Both the position numbers and the translations under genes were made by a program. 64,000 nt of DNA, taken from IMG/VR virus record IMGVR_UViG_3300023240_000010; one strand, written 5' to 3'. Below, one piece after another: positions 9,631 to 17,500 of the stretch (positions are counted from its first letter, which is position 1; every line of letters begins with the position of its first letter). The notes beneath the pieces were generated by a model. It searched no databases. It saw only the letters and a program-made list of their open reading frames with translations, and was not told the DNA's origin. Source of the DNA: a virus.

Positions 9631-10305
9631 TTAAGCGTGTATATCTTCAATAACCCAATCTTGTAGACCTAAAGACATCTCTGATCGATCTAATACGAAA
9701 GCGATTGTCATACGTATTCCGCTTTCACCATTACGTGCTGTATGATATACTAGTTTATCAGATCCATCTTCGTATGCGCCGAAGTGTCCTGCCTTACACT
9801 GCCATCCTTTAACATCAGGAATGTGAATCATCTTCTGATTGACTGGATCCCAATGCTTCCACCAACCATCGCCTGTTTCACTGTATGTAAATATAAAGTT
9901 ATATGCTGAAGCATTAGCATTGTTATGCCAAGAGATATAACCGCCAGGTGGATACACCGAGAACAGAGCATTCTTTTTAAGATTGAATGCAGTCTGTACA
10001 TTAGTCATCAACCTACTATGATGATCAGCAACTTCTGCTATCTTTCTATCAATATGTGGGTTATGAGGATCAAACCTATAACCTTGATTGAATGAATAAC
10101 TAGTAACAAAAGCAGGGAACCCATCGTGTCCTCTGCCCTCACTCTTAATCTGCTCAAAGTATTCTTGACCAGTATACCAATCTGCTTTGTCTAAATCATT
10201 TATCTTAGAAGGAATAACCGCACTATAGTTCTCTTGCTTAGTAAACCACAATGCCTCATTCAAAAGATCGATTGCGTAATCATTAAGTGGTATATTTTTC
10301 ATCAT
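9631..10305 (-). CDS. Fe(II)/2-oxoglutarate oxygenase-like (DSBH) protein with an atypical H-x-N motif
   Basis: YPPGGYISWHNN...LVYHTA...RMTIAFV follows the HxD...H...R layout with Asn at the Asp position. Confidence 0.65.
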   Translation of the reverse strand: MMKNIPLNDYAIDLLNEALWFTKQENYSAVIPSKINDLDKADWYTGQEYFEQIKSEGRGHDGFPAFVTSYSFNQGYRFDPHNPHIDRKIAEVADHHSRLMTNVQTAFNLKKNALFSVYPPGGYISWHNNANASAYNFIFTYSETGDGWWKHWDPVNQKMIHIPDVKGWQCKAGHFGAYEDGSDKLVYHTARNGESGIRMTIAFVLDRSEMSLGLQDWVIEDIHA

Positions 10306-10307
10306 AT

Positions 10308-11063
10308 TTAAAAATCCAGTTGCTTTGCTCCAGAAGAAGAATAGTGTCTCAATACGACAGGATCCTTGTTATGCTCATATTTATATTTGGAATAAAAGTT
10401 CCACCGAGCATCGTCTTCTAGTATACCAACTTTCAAATCTTTGTACTTGGGTTCTTTGTTAACTAACCACCACAATGAGAATTGATCCCATCTCTTCAGA
10501 GTAGCAGGATAATTTTCTAAGTCTTCTGTTCCATCTGCTTTCATTGGCCACCACGTTCTGCCATATTGTGCGACAGTTAGATCGTACCAGTCTTGCATGA
10601 ATTCACGAACTAAAGGTTTGCGCATATCATATAGACAAACACCACCACATAATTCGAATCCTGCTTTAGTGCCGTCAGGTTTTCTTGCACCTTCGAAGAA
10701 CACTTCAGCATAGCAGTAATGTCTATCAGCAGGTAAACCAGTAAACATCAAATCATGTCCATCTAGTTTATCAAAGATGGTTGCAATATCTTCGTGTTCA
10801 CATTCTATATCAGCATCGACATAAAATGTAATATCATATGGAGACTTTGCCATACCAATCAGTTTTGCTCTAGCATGGTTATCACAGAATATAACATTGT
10901 CTGCAATTCTTTCTTGTCCGTCAAGAAATCTTTCTTCTACTACAAATGTAATCTGTGCTTCGGGATAATAATCTTTAATCGACTCCATCAAGTTAATGGC
11001 AGAAACATAAAAGAACTTCTTTCGTGATGCTACAATAACATAACCTTTAGTCGGTTCGCTCAT
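10308..11063 (-). CDS. GT-A fold glycosyltransferase (GT8/mannosyltransferase-like)
   Basis: GYVIVAS, RAKLIGMAKSPYDITFYVDAD (DxD), GGVCLY, WDQFSLW, RWNF, terminal HYS. Start moved to MSEPTK (11063), which overlaps the upstream stop. Confidence 0.75.
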   Translation of the reverse strand: MSEPTKGYVIVASRKKFFYVSAINLMESIKDYYPEAQITFVVEERFLDGQERIADNVIFCDNHARAKLIGMAKSPYDITFYVDADIECEHEDIATIFDKLDGHDLMFTGLPADRHYCYAEVFFEGARKPDGTKAGFELCGGVCLYDMRKPLVREFMQDWYDLTVAQYGRTWWPMKADGTEDLENYPATLKRWDQFSLWWLVNKEPKYKDLKVGILEDDARWNFYSKYKYEHNKDPVVLRHYSSSGAKQLDF

Positions 11064-11520
11064 CTTCATCTGCCTTTTTAAAATAACCAAGTTCGGTGCC
11101 AATAACCAATGCTGCCAAGGCATTCATTTCAATAACATTCTTTGCTCTACGTAGTCTGGAACGCAACTCACGATTTGTTGAGTTCTTAATCGTATCTATT
11201 TCGAATGCTTGTAGTTTGGCATTAAAGAGTTGTTCAAGTTCATGAGATTTTTTACGCTGTTCGTGAATAGCACGTTTCTCGCGATCCTCTTTCTCTTTCT
11301 TATCTTTGCGCTCTTGAGTATTAGCGTCGATCTTATCCATACCCCATTGTGCAATAACTGCTTTGAACTGATCACACTCTCTACCGTCAGGTAAAATCTT
11401 ACGTAGTTCAAGAACATCTTTCTTTCTACCGCCTGATGGAATAGGACTTAGACGAATACATTTAAGTATCGTCTTTTCTTCATTTTCCCAATATCCATTA
11501 TCTAAAAATTCCACTGTCAT
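11047..11520 (-). CDS. Hypothetical protein (charged, helical), coupled to the giant Tyr-rich gene
   Basis: 157-aa ORF; TAATG overlap with the upstream gene at 11518-11522; C-terminal LFNAKLQAFEI..IKNS.NRELRSRLRRAK. Confidence 0.7.
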   Translation of the reverse strand: MTVEFLDNGYWENEEKTILKCIRLSPIPSGGRKKDVLELRKILPDGRECDQFKAVIAQWGMDKIDANTQERKDKKEKEDREKRAIHEQRKKSHELEQLFNAKLQAFEIDTIKNSTNRELRSRLRRAKNVIEMNALAALVIGTELGYFKKADEDERTD

Positions 11521-14500
11521 TATGCTACCCTTACATATAATGTGTATGTTTCAATCTGTACTGGATTAGCAAGCAACTTGCCACCAACACCATATAAAAT
11601 AGATGTTTGATAATCTATTGTGTAATCTTGCGTGTATGTTCCGATGTAGTTAGTGTCTTCATAATTCTCTAATACTTCTACATCTTGATAATCTGAAGTA
11701 TAGTCCGTAGAATAATCAACATCATCATAACTTGAAACATAAGTTTCAGAAACATCTGCGCCTTCAAATGTATCTATATAGTTGCCTAAGTACACATCCT
11801 CTTGATAGTCTACTGAGTAGTCTGTATCATAAGTCTGTTCAATATAGTCAACAGTGTAAGACTCGTCAACTGCATTAGCATCATAAGTGCCTGTGTAGTT
11901 TCCAGCATATAGTGTTGAGTACGAAGGAGTATAGTCGCCAAGATAATCACCAACATAAGTTAGTGTGTAGTTTGACTCATAGTCTCCTGCGTAAGTAGTG
12001 CCGTAATCACCAGCATAAGTTGAATCGAAACCGCCTTCGTAGACTCCATCAAATCCTTGCAAGAAATCACCAGCATAAACTGATTCGTAAGTTCCTTCGT
12101 AGATCGTGTTGTAATCACCTAAGTAATTGCCTTCGAAGTCAACAAGATAATCAGTTGTGTAATCTGAAATATAGTTGCCTTCGTATTCGATATCGTCATA
12201 GGTCGAAACATAGTTGCCGAGATAGTTTTGCTCTTCATAAACACCGCTATAGTCTGTGACGTAATCACCACTATAGTCTCCAACATAATCACTAACATAG
12301 TTTCCTACATATACTTGATCGTCGTATGCAGTTTCATAAGTTGAAGTGTATTGACCAATGAAGTCGCCGATATAAAGACTAACATAGTTGCCTGCGTAAT
12401 CAATGTCATCATAGTTAGAAGTGTATTCACTTGCATATGTTGTAAGATATTCTGTCTCGTAGAACCCAGAATAAGTTGCTGTGTAAGGACTCTGATAATC
12501 ACCGGTGTAATCTGTGTTGTAGAAACCTGTGTAATCTGTTTCGAAGTCACTAACATAGTTTCCTGCGTAATCAATATCATCATACTCACCAGTATACTGC
12601 GCGACGAATGTTGATTCGTACTGATTAAGATAGTTTGAATCATATGTTCCTGCGTAGATCGCACCATCATAATCAGTGGTGTATACAGTAGCATAATCAG
12701 ATATATAATCACCATCATATGCAGTACCATAAGTGCCTGCATAGTTCTCTTGGAAGTCTCCCTCGTATCCAGAATCGTAATCAGAGATATAATCGTCCGA
12801 GTACTGTGAGATATAATCGCCAGCATATATGTCAGAAATATACACATCGGTAAAGTTGCCCGCATAATTCTCGGTGAAGTTACCATCATATGTTGAAATG
12901 TAAGCAGAGACATAGTTGCCGTCATACTGTGACGCATATGATCCTTCGTACTGAGTAAGGTATTGTCCTTCGTAAGTCTCAACATATCCAGAGATATAAT
13001 CGCCCAAATAGTCAACTAAGAATGCGCCTTCATAATCTGTGATATAACCTGTGCCATAAGTGCCGGTGAAGTTACCATCATATGTTCCAATAAATGATTC
13101 TTGGAAAGCACCTTCGTAAACAGAGATATAGTCGCCATCATATGTGTCAACATAATCAGAAGCATAGGTTCCTTCGAAGTTAGCAGAGAAGTCGCTTTCG
13201 TATGCTGAACCGTAATCTCCTAGGAAAGTTCCAAGATACTCTGAGTCATACGTACCTTCATATTGCTCTTGAAAGGCACCATCATAAGATGACAAGTATT
13301 GTGAAACATAAGTGTCGATGTAATCTACGTTATAAGTTCCAGTAAATGTAGCAGTAAACTCACTCTCATATTGACTTGAATACTCGCCTGTGTAATCATC
13401 AGTATACGATCCTTCGAAGTCACCTTGATATTGAGTGATGAAGTTTGATTGGTATTGAGAAACGTAATCAGATGTGTAAGTTTCAATGTAGTCTGAGACG
13501 TAGTTGCCTTCATATGTTGCACCAAATGCGCCTTCATATTCAGATAGATACTCGCCTACGAATGTTCCAATATATTGTGCGCTAAACTGAGCGCCAAAGT
13601 TGGCAGCAAAGTTACCTTCATATGATGCTACATAGTTTCCTAGGAATGTGCCGAGATACTGTGCGCTAAAGTCGCCGGTGTATACTACAGCAAAACTGCC
13701 TTCATACTGAGAAACATAGTTTCCTTCGAATGTTCCGAGATAATCAGTTGCGTAAGTTCCCGCGAAAGATTGAGCGAACGATCCTTCGTACTGAGACGCA
13801 TAGTCTCCGTCGAATGTTCCGAGATAGTTAACACCAAACTGACCAGTGAAGTTTTGTGAGAATCCGCCTTCGTACTGTGACGCATAGTCTCCGTCGAATG
13901 TTCCTATATACTGCGATACATATTGGGTTGCGAAGTTTGCCGCAAAAGATCCGGTGTACTGTGTAGCATAATTTGCGTTGAAGGTTCCTAAATAGTTTGC
14001 AGTAAACTGTTGATCTTGCACACGCTCATACGCACCGAGATATTGAGAAAGGTAATCGCCTTCGAATGTTCCAATATATTGTGCGTTAAATGTCTCGTTC
14101 TGCGCACGTTCATATAGTCCTACGTAGGCAGAGTCGAAACTACCTTCGAATGTTGGAATATAGTTAGCAGAGAAGTTCTCGTTCTGCGCACGTTCATATA
14201 GTCCTGCGTATTGACCAGTATAACCACCAGTATATGTTCCATCATAGTTTGCAGTGAATTGCTCGTCCTGCGCACGTTCATATAGTCCAGTGTATTGACC
14301 AGTATAGTTACCTATGAATGTTCCTAGATAATCAGATGCATAGTTCGCAGCATCGTCTCGATCATATACACCAAGATATTGTCCCAGGTATTGACCAATA
14401 TAGTCGCCTAAATAGTCAGAAGTTCTTGTCTGATTCTGCGCACGTTGATAACCACCAGCATATTGCCCAACATAATCACCTTCGAATGTTCCCGTATAGT

Positions 14501-17500
14501 TTGCGGTGAACTGCTCTTGTACATCACCTTGATATGCACCAGTGTATACGCCAAGATATTGTCCTGTGTAAGTACCTTCAAAGACTGCTGTACGAGTTTC
14601 ATTCTGCGCACGTTCATATAGTCCTACATAACCGCCAGTATATTGTCCAGTAAAGTTACCTTCATAAGTTGCACTTCGTGTGGTATTCTCTGCACGTTCA
14701 TAACCACCAGTATATCCACCGGTGTATGATTGTTGAATACCCTCTTGAGTGGTCTGTGATATAACTTCCTGAGCAGTTCGTTCATAACCGCCAGTATATC
14801 CACCAGTGTAAACACCAGTATATTGACCAGAGTATTGTCCTGTGTATGTTCCACCTCCGACAGCATAATTTGTCGTAGTCGGAGAGTTGGCAATTACACC
14901 GACTTGCCAACCACTATTTGCAGGAAACGCTGATGGAGGTTGTCCGAATGGGGACCAAGTCAAAGTACTCACTGGGCCATTAGCGCCAGTCCATGTAAAT
15001 GCAGTTCCATAATAATTGTTGGCATAAGTGGCAGAGGCGCGGAGGAATGTATAACCGTTCCTATCAGCAGTTGTACCATATGCCGGCGCACCGCTCACCG
15101 GCGCGCCGGAACCTGAACCGTACCACCAAATTATTATACCATACCAACTATTTCTCTGAGTAGTGCTAAGTGCTGATGTAAATGTCAGTGTTACGTATGG
15201 CCCCGGTGCCACCCCAAATGACTCATTCTTAGTTAACGCATGAACGGTAGCATTTATAGGAGACCAATAGGTATCTGCCATACTATTGCCGGCGGACTGG
15301 TTACCGCCAGAATAACCCGAAGGAGTTGGGTTAAAACCTATAGAATATTGGGTAAGGTAAAGGTTTGTATAATAACCTGTCACCATTGTTGTCGAGTCGG
15401 TGTAATTGTTGCCCGTATAGTTGACAGTGCTAGTGAATGACTCATTAGTTGACTGTGTTATTGCTTCAGAAATACCAGTCTGTTGTGTCTCTTGTACTTG
15501 ACCAGTATATCCACCTTGATATCCACCAGTGTATCCACCAGTGTAAGTACCGGTGTAAGTAGACTGTATAGTCTCTTGTACTTGACCAATATATTGTCCT
15601 GTGTAAGCGGCGACATAATTTGCAGCAAAGGTTTCGTTAATAGCAGTTTGTTGTGTCTCCGAGATTTGACCAATATATTGTCCTACAAAGTTGCCTGTGT
15701 AGTTCTCCTGAATTACCTCGTTAACACCATCAGTAATGTTCTCAGACTGTATGCGAGTATAACCACCAGTAAATTGTGTAGCATAGTCTGCTCTATCGTA
15801 TGATCCTTGGAAAGTTTCATTAATGCTTTCGCCCACAACACCAGTATATTGTCCTGTGTATGCTGCCTGATAACTTCCTCGCTCGAAAGATCCTGTAAAC
15901 AATTCATTGATACTTTCTCCTACACCACCAACATAATTGCCTGTAAATTGTGTGTTGTAGTTTTGTCTATCGTAGTTTTCAGCATTAACTGTGTCTAGGT
16001 TTTCAGAAATCTGTCCTGTGTATTGTCCCGTAAACTGTGTCGCATATTGTCCGCGGTCAAAAGATTCTTGGTTAGTAGTGTTCTCACTCTCGCCAATCTG
16101 TCCTACATATTGTCCTGTGAAGGTCGAAGTATAGATTCCGCCATCATAATTACCAGTATATGATACATTCTCAGTTTGTCCTACCTGACCAACATATTGT
16201 CCAGTATATTGAGATGCATAGTCTAGTCTATCATACGATCCTAAGAATGTTGCGCTGAAAGACTCTGGTACACCACCAGTATAACCACCGGTAAATTGTG
16301 TAGCGTAGTCTATTCTATCATACGATGCTAGATAATTAGCAGTAAATGCGCCTTCATAATCACCTGTATAAATTTGCTCATACTCTCGCGTATATGATGC
16401 GCGGTCATACGTACCCAAGAAGGTTGCAGTGAAAGCACCACTATAATCGCCTGTGTATATGCCTTCGTACTGTGTGAGATAATTAGCACGATCATAAGCA
16501 CCCTGAAATGATGCTGTAAAGTTACCTAAATAATCGCCCGAGTAAACAGTTTCAAATTCGTTTGTATAGTTTGTACTATCATATGTTCCTAAGAATGTTG
16601 CATTGAAAGCACCACTATAGTTACCGGTGTAGTCAACAGTAAAGTTCGAAATATAACCTGAACTATCATAGTCGCCTAAGTAGTCTGTATTGTATAGACC
16701 AATATAGTTTCCGGTATAAGTTGCAGCAAATTGAGTCTCGTATGCTTGACTATCATATTCACCCGAGAAGGTTGCGCTGAATGATCCTGTGTATGAACTT
16801 GCGTATGATGATATATAATCACCCGCATATGTTCCAGCATCATAATTCGCTGTGAAGGATGCACTAAAATCAGAAACATAATCTGTAGCATACTGCGCTG
16901 TGAATATAGAAGTGTATGCAGAACCCGCAAAAGAGGCAGCGAATTGACCAGTGAACTGACCAACATAGTTACCTAAATAGTCCGACTCGAATGCACCAAC
17001 GTAAGGAATACCGTCGAAACTGGCAGCAAAGTTCTGACTGAATGTTCCGATGTAATCACCGATATAAGATGAATCATATACTGATAGGTACGTAGTGCTA
17101 TCGTACTCGCCAATAAAGGATGCTGTGAATAATCCTGAGTACTCGCCAGTATAAGTTGTTTCGAACTCAGCGATATATGCTTGAGCATCATAAACACTTA
17201 CATAAGCAGAATCGTAATTGCCAAGATAATCGCCAACATAAGTTTCTTCGTATGTTGATATGTAATCTGTGCCTTGATAATCTGTAGCATATTCTGTATT
17301 GTATAGACCAATATAGTTGCCAACATATTGACTAGCATAGTTGCCTTGATACTCGACTCCATCAAATACACCAGTGTATAGTGTTTCAAATTGTCCACCA
17401 TATTCACTCTCATAAGTTGAAACATAATCAGAAACATATTCAGTGCCATCATAAGGCGAGATATAATCACCAAGATAATCTGATATGTAATCACCAGTAT

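Noticed and set aside
14017-14710. Regularly spaced ~20-nt repeats (tgcgcacgttcatatagtcc) that resemble a CRISPR array
   Set aside because: The spacing is an exact multiple of 84 nt within an open frame (YERAQ units), the spacers are themselves similar to each other, and there is no leader or cas gene.
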